Notes: a model not told the origin generated them from the sequence alone. Shown: positions 14,619 to 24,455, counted from the stretch's first letter. The stretch: 64,000 bases of DNA from Chloroflexota bacterium (GCA_050260015.1 JBLNBN010000022.1:23290-87289); one strand, 5' to 3'. Numbers and translations are program-made.

Positions 14619-15659
14619 TTGGATAATAAGAATAATAGCGGCGGACACGACTACGACCAGGAACATTTGCACGAACATTCTCACGATCATGGGCATGGGC
14701 ATGTTCATGATAAAAAGGGCGGACACGCCCACGGCGGCTTGCTCCATAGTCACGGTCGCGCGCATAGCATCGGGGGCGAAGAGAGCGGCGGCGGAAAGCT
14801 TGCCGTCGCGGCCGTAATTAATTCGGCTTTCGCCGCGCTCGAGTTCTTCGGGGGAGCGATCTCGGGATCCCTGGCCCTGATGTCCGACGCGACGCATAAC
14901 GCCGGGGACGCGGCCTCGCTGATAGCGGCGTATTTCGCGTCGAAGATATCTAAACGCAGCTCGAACGAGCAAAAGACGTTCGGTTGGCGCCGCGCGGAGA
15001 TACTAACCGCCCTTTTGAACGCCGCCGCGCTTTTGGCTATTTGCGCGCTCATCGTGCGGGAAGCAATCGTAAGGCTATACTCGAACGACGCGACGATAGA
15101 CCTCGGGATAATGTTTTGGGTGGCCCTCGCCGGGCTGGGAGCTAATTTGTTCTCCGTCTTAATCTTAAGGCATTCGCACGGGCTAAACGAACGCGTCGCG
15201 GTTCTGCACCTTATCGGCGACACGCTCAGCTCCGTAGCGGTAGTTGTCGGCGCCGTAATAATGTATTATACGGGCGTCCGCTGGTTCGACGCAGCTATCT
15301 CGCTAATTATCGCGCTTTATATCGCTTATGAATCCTGGAAAGCCCTGAAGATAACGGCTGATATTTTAATGCAGGCCGCGCCGAAAGGGATCGACCTGGC
15401 GGACATCGAGAGAGAAATGCTTAAGGAAACGGCCATACATAATATTCATCACGTGCACTTTTGGCAGCTTACCGAGACCCGCTACCACTTCGAATGCCAT
15501 ATCGACTTGCGCGAGGATATCCCCGTCAGCGAAACGTGCGAAATCTCCGCCCGGCTTGAGCTCGCGCTCCGTGAAAGATTCGGCATAACCCATTTTACTT
15601 TCCAGTGGGAAACCGATAATTGCATGAATAAGAGCATTATAGCCGGTCGCAAGCAGTAA
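14619..15659 (+). CDS. czcD: Cation diffusion facilitator (Zn/Co/Cd efflux) with a His-rich N-terminal tail
   Basis: Motifs HDYDQEHLHEHSHDHGHGHVHDKKGGHAHGG, SLALMSDATHNAGD and HLIGDTLSS. The start codon is TTG and there is no nearby in-frame ATG. Confidence 0.85.
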   Translation: MDNKNNSGGHDYDQEHLHEHSHDHGHGHVHDKKGGHAHGGLLHSHGRAHSIGGEESGGGKLAVAAVINSAFAALEFFGGAISGSLALMSDATHNAGDAASLIAAYFASKISKRSSNEQKTFGWRRAEILTALLNAAALLAICALIVREAIVRLYSNDATIDLGIMFWVALAGLGANLFSVLILRHSHGLNERVAVLHLIGDTLSSVAVVVGAVIMYYTGVRWFDAAISLIIALYIAYESWKALKITADILMQAAPKGIDLADIEREMLKETAIHNIHHVHFWQLTETRYHFECHIDLREDIPVSETCEISARLELALRERFGITHFTFQWETDNCMNKSIIAGRKQ

Positions 15660-15718
15660 TCGTTAAAAAAGCGCTTGCAGGATTTCGGAATTTTCCTTAA
15701 TTTTGTGGACGTAATCAA

Positions 15719-15791
15719 GCCAATTTAGCTCAGCTGGTAGAGCAGCTCATTCGTAATGAGCAGGTCGCGGGTTCGAGTCCCACAATTGGCT
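15719..15791 (+). tRNA. tRNA-Thr (anticodon CGU)
   Basis: Cloverleaf folded by hand: acceptor gccaatt/aattggc, D arm gctc..gagc, anticodon stem gctca/tgagc with loop ttCGTaa, T arm gcggg-ttcgagt-cccac (one C-A mismatch). No encoded CCA. Confidence 0.9.
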
Positions 15792-15804
15792 CGGAAATTA
15801 AAAA

Positions 15805-15838
15805 GCCTCGTAGCTTATATGCTGCGAGGCTTTGTCTT
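15805..15838 (+). terminator. Rho-independent terminator after tRNA-Thr
   Basis: 10-bp stem gcctcgtagc / gctgcgaggc (one G-U pair), 6-nt loop, followed by tttgtctt. Confidence 0.7.
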
Positions 15839-15914
15839 AGGATCATTTTTCGCTTTTAGAAGTCCTTACCTCTAAGAAAGCCATTTCCTTTATAAACCAA
15901 TAACGGACGCTTTT

Positions 15915-16748
15915 ATGAAAAAAGTCCTTCTCTGCTATGCGTTAGCGGCTTTCGCCGCATTTGTCGGCTGCTCCGACGCCTCTACTTCAGGTCCTGTAAT
16001 TAACCCTCCAAAAACTTATTCCGGCGACAGCGTTCACATCGAGCTTGGCATCCCGACCGACGCCAATCCAAGCGACGATTTCCTCATCTGGCGGCATCAG
16101 TTCGTCATCAGCTACAACCCTACGAAAGGAATACCCAACTGGGTAAGCTACAACCTCGACGAGAATTGGTACGGCGAGGAGCCGCGCTACGACGGTAATT
16201 TTATTTCGGACGTATCCCTACCGAGCGATTTCTACCGAGTCACGCACGACGACTACACCAATTCCGGCTACGACCGCGGCCACATGGTCCGAAGCGAGGA
16301 GCGCACCCGCAATCGCGAGGACAACAAGGCGACCTTCCTGCTGACGAACATCTGCCCCCAGACGCCGGACCTAAACCGCGGCTGCTGGCTCGACTTCGAA
16401 TACTTCTGCGAGGATCTCTGCAAGAAGAATCACAAGGAATTGTTTATAATAACCGGGGTCGTTTCGCATTCAAATAAAACGCTTGGCGGCCTTGGGCATG
16501 TAGTCGTCCCGGATAGCTGCTTTAAGATCGTAGTCGCGCTGGAGAAAGGCCAGAGCGTCGCCTCCCTGACCGCTTTCACCCCAGTCTACGCAGTAGTTAT
16601 GCCGAACGTATCGGGTATCCGTAAGGACGACTGGAAAAAGTACGCGACGACGATCGACAAGATCGAAGCTTTAACGGGTTACGATTTCCTTAATTGGGTA
16701 AAGGAAAGCCTTCAATCGAAGCTTGAAGCGCAAGTTTTTAAATCGTAG
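15915..16748 (+). CDS. Secreted DNA/RNA non-specific endonuclease (Serratia NucA / Endonuclease_NS family) lipoprotein
   Basis: Signal/lipobox ALAAFAAFVGCSD and catalytic signature GYDRGHMVRSEE (DRGH motif). Confidence 0.85.
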   Translation: MKKVLLCYALAAFAAFVGCSDASTSGPVINPPKTYSGDSVHIELGIPTDANPSDDFLIWRHQFVISYNPTKGIPNWVSYNLDENWYGEEPRYDGNFISDVSLPSDFYRVTHDDYTNSGYDRGHMVRSEERTRNREDNKATFLLTNICPQTPDLNRGCWLDFEYFCEDLCKKNHKELFIITGVVSHSNKTLGGLGHVVVPDSCFKIVVALEKGQSVASLTAFTPVYAVVMPNVSGIRKDDWKKYATTIDKIEALTGYDFLNWVKESLQSKLEAQVFKS

Positions 16749-16749
16749 C

Positions 16750-17100
16750 TCAATCCCTTTTGAAATGCGGCATATCCCCGGGTATCTCGAGCGAAAGCTC
16801 GACGAGTCCAAGATACTCGCCGCTTTCTGAAAAGTACGGCGTTTGGTAGATCATCTTCCGGACGCCTTTTTTTTCGATCGTATAGCAGTTCAGGCTCTTT
16901 TGCTCGATTATCTCGTCGAGCTTTTGGCGGGAGTTTTCGCCGTGGCAGTCGTAAATGTTTTTCCCGACTAAGCCTTCTCGGCCGCCGTCGGAGGCGAACG
17001 TGGCGTCGGATTTGTCGTTCATGTAAACAATTTCGCCCGCGGCGTTGGTGACGGTCGCGGCGACGGGCATTTTAGCGGCCCATTCGAATACTTCTTTCAT
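16750..17100 (-). CDS. Stand-alone PAS domain protein
   Basis: 116 aa. The pattern ..TVTNAAGEIVYMNDKSDATF..GKNIYDCHGENS...YLGLVELS is typical of a PAS fold. Confidence 0.65.
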   Translation of the reverse strand: MKEVFEWAAKMPVAATVTNAAGEIVYMNDKSDATFASDGGREGLVGKNIYDCHGENSRQKLDEIIEQKSLNCYTIEKKGVRKMIYQTPYFSESGEYLGLVELSLEIPGDMPHFKRD

Positions 17101-17118
17101 TAATTTCTCTCGGATATT

Positions 17119-17916
17119 TTAAGCGTTACTTACGGCCTGATGTATCTTTTTCAGCATAGCCATATTCTTTACGTTATGTACTCGTATAATATCGATCTTT
17201 TTGGTTAACAGCGCGGCATGCATGAGCGCAGTGGGCAAATCGCGTTCGAGCGGATTCGGCAGCGAGAACATCTTATCGAACATTGATTTGCGGGATATGC
17301 CGAGGAGCAAAGGTATGCCGAGCGCAAGGAATCGATCGTGGTTGCGCAGCAGCTCGAGGTTATGCTCGAGCGACTTGGCGAAACCGATCCCGACGTCGGC
17401 AATAATATTCTTAACTCCGAGCGCGCGCGCAAGCTCGATTCGCTCGGCGAGTTCGCTGTAGACGTCCTCGACTACGTTGTCGTACTTTGGGGAATTCTGC
17501 ATCGTCCTGGGCGTGCCGCGCATGTGCATAAGCACGAGCGAAGCGCCGGTTTCCGCCGAGATCTCGGCGATGCGCGGATCGAACGCGAGCCCGCTGACGT
17601 CGTTAATGATCCTGGCGCCTGCGCCGACTGCGGCCTTAGCGACCTGGAATTTCGTGGTGTCTACGGAAATGGTTAGATTGGGGTAGCGTTTGCCGAGTTC
17701 GGTAATAATGGGAATAACGCGGATCAACTCCTCCTGCACCCCAACTTCCTCGGCGCCGGGACGCGTGCTCTCTCCGCCAATGTCGATAATATCGGCGCCC
17801 TCTTCGACTAGCTTATCCGCGTGGCGCAAAGCGACTTCCCGACCAAAATGCTTGCCTCCGTCGGAGAAGGAGTCCGGAGTAATGTTAAGGATTCCCATTA
17901 TCTTCGGAAACTGCAT
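17119..17916 (-). CDS. folP: Dihydropteroate synthase
   Basis: Motifs IMGILNITPDSFSDGG, DIIDIGGESTRPGA and INDVSG. Confidence 0.9.
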   Translation of the reverse strand: MQFPKIMGILNITPDSFSDGGKHFGREVALRHADKLVEEGADIIDIGGESTRPGAEEVGVQEELIRVIPIITELGKRYPNLTISVDTTKFQVAKAAVGAGARIINDVSGLAFDPRIAEISAETGASLVLMHMRGTPRTMQNSPKYDNVVEDVYSELAERIELARALGVKNIIADVGIGFAKSLEHNLELLRNHDRFLALGIPLLLGISRKSMFDKMFSLPNPLERDLPTALMHAALLTKKIDIIRVHNVKNMAMLKKIHQAVSNA

Positions 17917-17943
17917 AGCGGATGCCCTTTATATTTAATCGAA

Positions 17944-17976
17944 TCGGAGCGCAGGGCTTTTGCCCCGGCTCCGAAT
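17944..17976 (-). terminator. Hairpin downstream of rpsR (possible terminator; weak U-tract)
   Basis: tcggagcgcagggc tttt gccccggctccga forms an extended stem with an internal mismatch region. Confidence 0.4.
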
Positions 17977-18005
17977 GCGAAATATTTTTGGAATTAAACC
18001 TACTA

Positions 18006-18281
18006 TTAGGTAATGTCTTGAGCGACGAATGGCAGCAGAGCTAAATGGCGGGCGTACTTAATTGCGGACGCGATCTGTCTCTGTTGGTAAGCCGTGACTC
18101 CGGTGATCCTGCGGGGCAGAATCTTACCTTGGTCGTTTGTAAAACGGGTCAGGAACTTTCCGTCGAGGTAATCGATAGTTTTCGAATCCTTGAGCGGATT
18201 AACTTTCTTTTTTCCCGTTTTTTTATTCGGACGGAACGTTCCGCCGGTTTGCATCGGGTGTACGGCATTGCTGTAAGCCAT
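18006..18281 (-). CDS. rpsR: 30S ribosomal protein S18 (no Cys motif)
   Basis: [33 protein letters not shown]. The start overlaps the rpmE stop (TAATG). Confidence 0.9.
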   Translation of the reverse strand: MAYSNAVHPMQTGGTFRPNKKTGKKKVNPLKDSKTIDYLDGKFLTRFTNDQGKILPRRITGVTAYQQRQIASAIKYARHLALLPFVAQDIT

Positions 18282-18517
18282 TACTTCGTCCTCCTGGATT
18301 GCATTATTTGCTGAGCTTTCTCAAAGCGTTTATTGAATCTGTCGACGCGGCCGGCGGTATCGATTAAGACCTGCTTGCCGGTGAAAAACGGGTGCGATTT
18401 CGAATCGATTTCGAGCACCATACGGTCGTTCTTGTAGCAAGAGCGGGTCTGGAACGTCGTGCCGTCCGTCATTACTACGTCAACCGTTCTGTAGTACGGG
18501 TGGATTCCCTTCTTCAT
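18281..18517 (-). CDS. rpmE: 50S ribosomal protein L31, type B (lacks the CxxC zinc ribbon)
   Basis: MKKGIHPYY...[27 protein letters not shown]. There is no CxxC pair. Confidence 0.9.
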   Translation of the reverse strand: MKKGIHPYYRTVDVVMTDGTTFQTRSCYKNDRMVLEIDSKSHPFFTGKQVLIDTAGRVDRFNKRFEKAQQIMQSRRTK

Positions 18518-18531
18518 TGTATCGTTTTACC

Positions 18532-18705
18532 TTATCTGTTAATATCAACTTTTTCTACTTGGGCTATATCGTCGAGCTTTACGAATTGCTCGAGAAAGCG
18601 GGTCGTGCCGTCATCGCTGCGGTAACCTTTTATTACCTTTACCATGACTTTCTCTTCTTGTTTTTTCTTCTTCAGCTTATCGCCGAACGTTTGGGTTTTA
18701 GCCAT
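18532..18705 (-). CDS. Small Lys-rich protein (57 aa) heading the rpmE-rpsR operon, possibly related to the small basic proteins (DUF4295-like) encoded next to r-protein genes in Bacteroidota
   Basis: Below the ORF-track size cutoff. Hand translation gives MAKTQTFGDKLKKKKQEEKVMVKVIKGYRSDDGTTRFLEQFVKLDDIAQVEKVDINR. It ends 14 nt before the rpmE start. Confidence 0.5.
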   Translation of the reverse strand: MAKTQTFGDKLKKKKQEEKVMVKVIKGYRSDDGTTRFLEQFVKLDDIAQVEKVDINR

Positions 18706-18721
18706 TTTCCGCTCTTCCGAT

Positions 18722-18750
18722 TAGATTACAAAATTTAGGATTACAAAATT
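18722..18750. repeat. Tandem direct repeat TAG(G)ATTACAAAATT x2 in the leader/promoter of the small-ORF-rpmE-rpsR operon
   Basis: tagattacaaaatt (18722-18735) is immediately followed by taggattacaaaatt (18736-18750). The reverse complement contains TAATTTTG, matching the Bacteroidota -7 motif TAnnTTTG. Confidence 0.6.
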
Positions 18751-18783
18751 AAAATATTTTTTGGATTTTCCAAAACAATTATT

Positions 18784-21513
18784 CTATTTCCCGTTTAAAA
18801 GGAAGTCCTTAGCCCGTTCGATCGCCTCGTCGCGGCCTTCAATTAAGTCCTTCGCGCTTGTCTCCACCGCGACGTCGGGCCTGACGGGGCGTCCGAAGAG
18901 GCTCTCGCCGCGGTCGGAGTATCCCTGCACGACGGAGGTAGTAAAGAATAATCCCCCGGGAAGGCGCGTCGCAAAAACGTCCCCCATGCCGCCGGCGGTT
19001 TCGGAGCCGATTATTTTCGCGATCGAGCGCTCCCTCGCAAGCCACAGTATAGCCTCGGAGTAGCCTAACGAACGCTCGGAGGCCAGGAATACCCGGGGCG
19101 TCTCCTTGAGAGCCTTTAAGGGGTTTATAGAGGCCTTTATCGTATTGTATGAGCCGGGGCCGCCAGGACGCGTAAAGATCGGCATTTTCCAGGAGACGGA
19201 CGCCATCGTGCTATCGGTAAAATATCCCAGGAAATGCTCGCTCATTGAAGTCGAGCCGCGCGCGTCGAAGATAACGCCTTTAGCGCCCACAAGCCTCGGG
19301 GCGAATTTCTTAAGCTCGGCGTCCGTGGCGACCGTCATGTCGACGTAATAGATCCCGCCGCCTATATCGGAGAAGCTCTCGGGGCGAGCCAAACCAAAGT
19401 CCGCGGGCACGTACGTTCTTTTTAAGGCAACGCTCTTCGTTCCTTTATCCGATTTAGCTTTTACCTGTATTTCGCTGCCCTCGACGCCCGAGCGAACCAG
19501 GAACAGCGCGCGCGTCAGGTTCCAATTCTTTGAGCCGGCGAACCTGGCGGAATAGTCCTTTAGAACGTCCGCCGAAGCTTTTCCGTCGATCTCCGTTACT
19601 TCGTCTCCCGCCGTCAAGCCGGATTCCTTGGAGGCCGAGGTTATAATTATTTTTCCTTTTTCCAAAGTCCAATCGAACGGCGGCAGGAATTCAATGCTGA
19701 GCGAGGAACTCCAAACCCGGGATTCCGCGTCGCCGAAGTAAGCGACGAGCCTGCGCAACGTTTCGAGGAATTCGCGTTCGGAATCGCTTTCGGCAGCCGA
19801 CCGGAGCGCAGCGGTTAGCGCGGCGTTGAGTTCCTTGTCGCGCAAGCCCGTTACGTTGAAATGCCGCAAAATGTTCCACGCGAGGATCGAAATCGCCAGC
19901 CGGGAATTTCTGTCGGACATGTGGTAGATAGCCCCGCCGGCGGGAAGCGGCTTAGTCGCGTGCGGCAGCGTCCCCGCGCTGTCGGCGTAAAGCGTAAGGG
20001 GGAAGCTAAGCTCGTAATCGCCCGAGACGCGCTCCGAATAACGCTCGCCGGGTTCGGGCAATCGGATCCTGCCCGACGTGTCGGATTCGAACGTCAGCAT
20101 ATTCCCCTCCGTGCCCATATCCGATTTTGCTAGCTTCGGCGCGTAACCGGCCTCGCGCACCGTACCGGGAACAACCCAGCCGCGGCTTAATTCGCTACGC
20201 TCGCCTTCCTCGAAGCCCGGATTGGAAATTTCTATGGATATCAAGCTTTTTCCGTCGACTAATTCCAGCCGCGCGTCGTCGAATTTTCCCTTTCCCTCGC
20301 CGATAAACACAAGCCCGAGCCTGAGTATGGTCGCGTCCTCCGGGATATCTCCCTCGAGGAAAATTCTCTCCGGCTTGCCGCTTTTATCCGGTTTATTCTC
20401 CTGGCGCAGCATAAAGGCGACGCGGCCTTCCTCGCGGTCGCAACGCATCCAGATCTCGGAGTGAGAACCGGGCTGAGCGGCGTCGGAGTTCGCCAGGGCT
20501 GAAAATCTTACTTTTTTCCCGCGCAAAGGCTTTGCGTCAATATTTTGAATAGCCGCCGCCTCGCGTTTACGTTGTGATTCAAACACGTTTACCGTGTCGC
20601 TATTGACTAATTCGCTCGGGTTCGAAGTGCCAATCCCGTTATGCACGTATGCGATGGCAAGATTCTTTAACGCGTCCGCAGGAGCAACCTCGTTCGGTTC
20701 GGCTTTCATCCTGGCGCGGGCAAACTTCGCCGAGGGCGCGACTGGAGCGAAAACGCTTTGCAGGGTATCTATAAACGCCTCCCCGTCGCCGGCGGAAACG
20801 ACCGAGCGCACCCCGCGCAGCGCGAGCGACTCCCAATCCGCGGCGAGCGCTTCGCTCGTCGGGTGGAAGTACCGCAGGTCTCCGTAAACTTTCGCAAACG
20901 CGGCCAGGCGCTCCAATTCTTTGTCGGTTAGCCTGGAGGCGGGGGTAGGCTGCACGTCCGGTTCGGGGGCGACAATGCTTATCTCGTCGATCCATACGAC
21001 GGCGCGCTCGTTCGTAGCGATACCAAAGCTGACCGATTCCGCTTCCGCAGGTATTTCCAGATCCGCTTCGGCCATCTGCCAATCGGTTGACGCTACTTTT
21101 ACGACGGCCATTACGTCGGCGTCGCCCTTGTAGGAGCGGGGCATGGTAAGCGTAACGTAAAAGAAGGAGTCGGCCGTGTCGCCCGTCGAGGAGCGGACCG
21201 CCGCCCGCGCCTTAAAGCTGCGCCCGCGGTACGGGGTCGCGTCGAGCGTCATCGAGGCTGCGGCGTAGCCTATCGAATCGGTTTGGAAAGTATTTGTTTT
21301 GCCGAGCTCGCCGCACATCCTGCCGGCCGCGGGGTTTTGCGCGCCCGCCAGGAAGTACCACCCCTTATCGGGCTGCAAATCCCAACCGAAGGGGCGCTCG
21401 CCGACGCGCGTTTGCTCGAAGCCCAAATTCACTGGGCTGAGCAAGTACTGCGCGGGAAGCCGCGTAGAAAATGCGAATAATATTAAAGCCGCTACGGCCG
21501 ATATTTTTAACAT
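18784..21513 (-). CDS. Large secreted S41-family (tail-specific/tricorn-like) peptidase with a PDZ-like segment and N-terminal carbohydrate-binding-like modules
   Basis: Signal peptide, GDEVTEIDGKSA (PDZ-like), GVIFDARGSTS and FLASERSLGYSEAILWLARERSIAKIIGSETAGG (S41 catalytic region pattern). Confidence 0.75.
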   Translation of the reverse strand: MLKISAVAALILFAFSTRLPAQYLLSPVNLGFEQTRVGERPFGWDLQPDKGWYFLAGAQNPAAGRMCGELGKTNTFQTDSIGYAAASMTLDATPYRGRSFKARAAVRSSTGDTADSFFYVTLTMPRSYKGDADVMAVVKVASTDWQMAEADLEIPAEAESVSFGIATNERAVVWIDEISIVAPEPDVQPTPASRLTDKELERLAAFAKVYGDLRYFHPTSEALAADWESLALRGVRSVVSAGDGEAFIDTLQSVFAPVAPSAKFARARMKAEPNEVAPADALKNLAIAYVHNGIGTSNPSELVNSDTVNVFESQRKREAAAIQNIDAKPLRGKKVRFSALANSDAAQPGSHSEIWMRCDREEGRVAFMLRQENKPDKSGKPERIFLEGDIPEDATILRLGLVFIGEGKGKFDDARLELVDGKSLISIEISNPGFEEGERSELSRGWVVPGTVREAGYAPKLAKSDMGTEGNMLTFESDTSGRIRLPEPGERYSERVSGDYELSFPLTLYADSAGTLPHATKPLPAGGAIYHMSDRNSRLAISILAWNILRHFNVTGLRDKELNAALTAALRSAAESDSEREFLETLRRLVAYFGDAESRVWSSSLSIEFLPPFDWTLEKGKIIITSASKESGLTAGDEVTEIDGKASADVLKDYSARFAGSKNWNLTRALFLVRSGVEGSEIQVKAKSDKGTKSVALKRTYVPADFGLARPESFSDIGGGIYYVDMTVATDAELKKFAPRLVGAKGVIFDARGSTSMSEHFLGYFTDSTMASVSWKMPIFTRPGGPGSYNTIKASINPLKALKETPRVFLASERSLGYSEAILWLARERSIAKIIGSETAGGMGDVFATRLPGGLFFTTSVVQGYSDRGESLFGRPVRPDVAVETSAKDLIEGRDEAIERAKDFLLNGK

Positions 21514-21651
21514 AATTAAACCTGAGTTTCAATAAATAAATCAATCGCCAGGAGCGAATGTTGCGCGCATCAAGCCGAAAAAAGATGCAATATTTAAAGC
21601 TTTCTTTCATCTTATTTAATAGTATATTAATTAACTATTAAAGGCGCGCCA

Positions 21652-22347
21652 ATGAACGTTAAAAGCAAATATACCTCGAACGATCCAAACATACTTACCG
21701 CGTACGAGAGCGAGGTCTCCGGCGACTACGCCGCCGCCATCGAGCATTATAAAAAAGCTCTTGAGGCCGACCCCTCGCTCGTTATCGTTTACAAGCACCT
21801 CGGCAACGTCTACTACCGGCTCGGAATGATGAACAAAGCCGTTGAAAGCCTTAAAAAGGCAGTAGAGGCCATGCCGGACTACCCCACCGCGCAGTTCGAG
21901 CTGGGGCTTGCCTATTTCCGCCAGGGTCTCATAGGGGACGGCCTTAAATGCATGGAGCAAGTGATAGCGACGGATCCTGATTTTACGATCGCCCGCTACT
22001 GGGCCGGGATAATGACCTATCACCTTGGCAAATTGCACGAATCAAAAAAACATTTCGAGATCGTCACGCAACGCTCCCCGGAGTTCGCTATCGCGTTCTT
22101 CCACTTAGGCGTCACCAATCTTCGGCTCGGATACTTTACCGAAGCTATCGTCGCGTTGAAGGCTCTTTTGGAGAAGAATCCGGAAAATCCTACCGCGCAC
22201 TCCCTTTTAGGCGAAGCCTACCTGAACGTCGAAAAGCGATTCGAGGCGCGGGAATGCTTCCGACGCGCTCTGGAGCTTGACCCGGACGACCAGAAAGCGA
22301 AAAAGGGCTTGTCGATAGTCGTGGACGACAAAGAATCAATTATTTGA
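21652..22347 (+). CDS. Tetratricopeptide (TPR) repeat protein
   Basis: Repeated A..Y.KAL..DP...A...LG..Y 34-aa units throughout. Confidence 0.8.
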   Translation: MNVKSKYTSNDPNILTAYESEVSGDYAAAIEHYKKALEADPSLVIVYKHLGNVYYRLGMMNKAVESLKKAVEAMPDYPTAQFELGLAYFRQGLIGDGLKCMEQVIATDPDFTIARYWAGIMTYHLGKLHESKKHFEIVTQRSPEFAIAFFHLGVTNLRLGYFTEAIVALKALLEKNPENPTAHSLLGEAYLNVEKRFEARECFRRALELDPDDQKAKKGLSIVVDDKESII

Positions 22348-23454
22348 CCTGGGCTTAGGCTTCCGGGTGTTTTCAGCCGGGGCCGGGGCGCGCCAAACAA
22401 TTTTATTAAGCCGGAGATCGACGACTACGATCGCGTTCTTCGGGAGCGTAATTTCAAATTCGCCGGCCGGATTTAGAAAGCCGCGCTTACCTGTTTTCGC
22501 GTCCTCGGCCCAGGCCAGTCCCCCCGAAAACGAGCCGGCCGTCGCATAGAGGCCGTTGATAACCGGTTCGCCGTAGTAATCGATAAATATCCACCCGGAA
22601 TCGGTTAACGCGGGCGCGATCCCGCCGGAGAACTGGCCGTGGTCATGGAATTTCGTCATGCAGGCGACTTGCCCTTTTTGGTTGATCACTCCCCAGAGAG
22701 GCTTAAACGCGCTGTCCGGCATGCCGGCCCAGGCAAATCCTTCGCGATAGTCGTCGGCGTAGTAAATATGCGGCTCTACGACGAATTTTCCCGTCGTGTC
22801 GATATAGCCGTAATAGCCCTCGTAATTAACCCGCGCAATTCCTTCGGAGAATTCGTTCGCCTCGTCGAATTTAAAGGGGATCCGGGATTTCCCGGTTTTA
22901 TCTATATAGCCGCTTCTGCCTGCGGAATCCGCATAGGAGGCGAATCCCTCGCTGAATTTGCGGCCAAACCCAAAGGGCATTGGCAGGACGAATTTACCTT
23001 TCTTATCTATATAGCCTCGCTCGCTTTTGTTCATTACGAAAGCAAGCCCCTCGCTGAAGTTAGATATATCGAGGTAGTGCGGCTCGACGGCAATTTCGCC
23101 GGAGGTATTGACGAAGCCGTAATAGTAGAGCGAATCCTTGCGGTTAAGCGCCGAGAAGGCGGCCATACCATCGGAGAAACCGTAAACCATAACGGCTCCG
23201 GGCGGCGCGCCCATCTGCCTCTGAAGGTTGACAAATCCCCACAGAGTGTCCTTGCCGAAGGCTTTCCGAACGCGGAAGTACCCGTCGCTGTAGCCGCCGA
23301 CTATTTCCACGTCGAGCGGTTTAAAAATTTCCTTCCCCCGGTCGTCGATTATACGCCAAAGTCCGCCCGAAAGATAAGCCGCCAGCGGTTCGGCTGATTG
23401 CGCGGCCCCGGCCGTAGCCAGTATCGCCGCTAATAAGATTAAATATTTACGCAT
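22336..23454 (-). CDS. WG/KWG-repeat secreted protein
   Basis: Signal peptide, then repeated units G(Y/F)(I/V)(D/N)..GK.V..P.(Y/F)....FSEG(L/F/I)A. Confidence 0.75.
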   Translation of the reverse strand: MRKYLILLAAILATAGAAQSAEPLAAYLSGGLWRIIDDRGKEIFKPLDVEIVGGYSDGYFRVRKAFGKDTLWGFVNLQRQMGAPPGAVMVYGFSDGMAAFSALNRKDSLYYYGFVNTSGEIAVEPHYLDISNFSEGLAFVMNKSERGYIDKKGKFVLPMPFGFGRKFSEGFASYADSAGRSGYIDKTGKSRIPFKFDEANEFSEGIARVNYEGYYGYIDTTGKFVVEPHIYYADDYREGFAWAGMPDSAFKPLWGVINQKGQVACMTKFHDHGQFSGGIAPALTDSGWIFIDYYGEPVINGLYATAGSFSGGLAWAEDAKTGKRGFLNPAGEFEITLPKNAIVVVDLRLNKIVWRAPAPAENTRKPKPRSNN

Positions 23455-23938
23455 TATGCTTTGCTATGCCTACGTTTACAATGTTTAAGTCCAGCGCTTT
23501 TTCCAGGTCTTCAGTCTTCATTTCGAGAATAAATCCTTGCTTGCCGCCGTTTATATAAATTTTTTCGCCTTCGAGAGCGCTCTCCTCGCAGTATACTTTC
23601 ATTCGCTTCCTCGTCCCGAAGGGGCTCGTGCCCCCGAACTGGTAGCCGGTGGCGCGCGTGGCGGTCGCCGGGTCGCAAGGCTCCACTTTCTTCGCGCCGA
23701 TTATCCTGGCCATTTCTTTCGTCGAGACGTTCTGGTCGCCGCGCATTAGAGTGATAAATATCTCTCCGGCGTCGTCCATTAGTACGATGGTTTTAATTAC
23801 GGAGCTCTCCGGTACTTTTAGTATGCGCGCAGTTTGCGCGGTTCCGCCCTTTTCTTCGTATTCGTATTCGTGCGGTATAAAGTCAATTTTCTTTTGGCGC
23901 AGTTCCCTAACCGCCGTCGTCATTGGGTAATCCGGCAT
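23447..23938 (-). CDS. ybaK: Cys-tRNA(Pro)/Cys-tRNA(Cys) deacylase, YbaK/EbsC family
   Basis: TTAVRELRQKKIDFIPHEYEYE...KTIVLMDD...TGYQFGGTSPFG. Confidence 0.8.
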   Translation of the reverse strand: MPDYPMTTAVRELRQKKIDFIPHEYEYEEKGGTAQTARILKVPESSVIKTIVLMDDAGEIFITLMRGDQNVSTKEMARIIGAKKVEPCDPATATRATGYQFGGTSPFGTRKRMKVYCEESALEGEKIYINGGKQGFILEMKTEDLEKALDLNIVNVGIAKHNA

Positions 23939-24002
23939 AATCTCTTTCTTTTATTCTTACTTAATCCACATTTGCATATAATTGGAAAAACGTTTTTATA
24001 TT

Positions 24003-24338
24003 TTACGTCTTTCTCGTTATTCTAAGAGTAAATTCTTCGATATTTGTTACAAGAATTTTTTCGCCGGAGCGAATTTTTTCATTGGAGACGGCGTCCCAGA
24101 TCTCCCCCATTAGGAATGCCTTGCCGGGCATGCCCGGTTCGAAGTCCGTTATCGCCTTGCCCGAATGACCAATCAGAGCTTCCTTGCCCGCCGTAACGCG
24201 CCGCTTATGAACTTTAATGCCGAGAGCCACGGTGGCGACTACGAACGCTACGGCGGCGAGAATAACCAGGAAAGTCGTTACGGGGAACTCGCGGGCGAAA
24301 GCCTCGCAGAAGCTTATCTCCTCTCTAATTAATATCAT
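24003..24338 (-). CDS. Short NfeD-family membrane protein (C-terminal OB domain)
   Basis: TM helix followed by GKAFLMGEIWDAVSNEKIRSGEKILVTNIEEFTLRI. Confidence 0.65.
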   Translation of the reverse strand: MILIREEISFCEAFAREFPVTTFLVILAAVAFVVATVALGIKVHKRRVTAGKEALIGHSGKAITDFEPGMPGKAFLMGEIWDAVSNEKIRSGEKILVTNIEEFTLRITRKT

Positions 24339-24420
24339 TTGAGCCTCTCCTTATATTTATCAACGTGCAATTTAATCGTTTTTCGGCAAAGTTAAAAATT
24401 AACCGTTCGTTCAAAAGAAA

Positions 24421-24455
24421 AAGCTTTCCACGGGGCAGCCCGCGGAAAGCTTTTT
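24421..24455. terminator. Bidirectional hairpin terminator
   Basis: aagctttccacggggcagcccgcggaaagctt, flanked by aaaagaaaa upstream and tttttaaa downstream. Confidence 0.6.

Noticed and set aside
22639-23397. 252-aa plus-strand ORF
   Set aside because: It is antisense to the WG-repeat gene, which has a signal peptide and a clear repeat structure.
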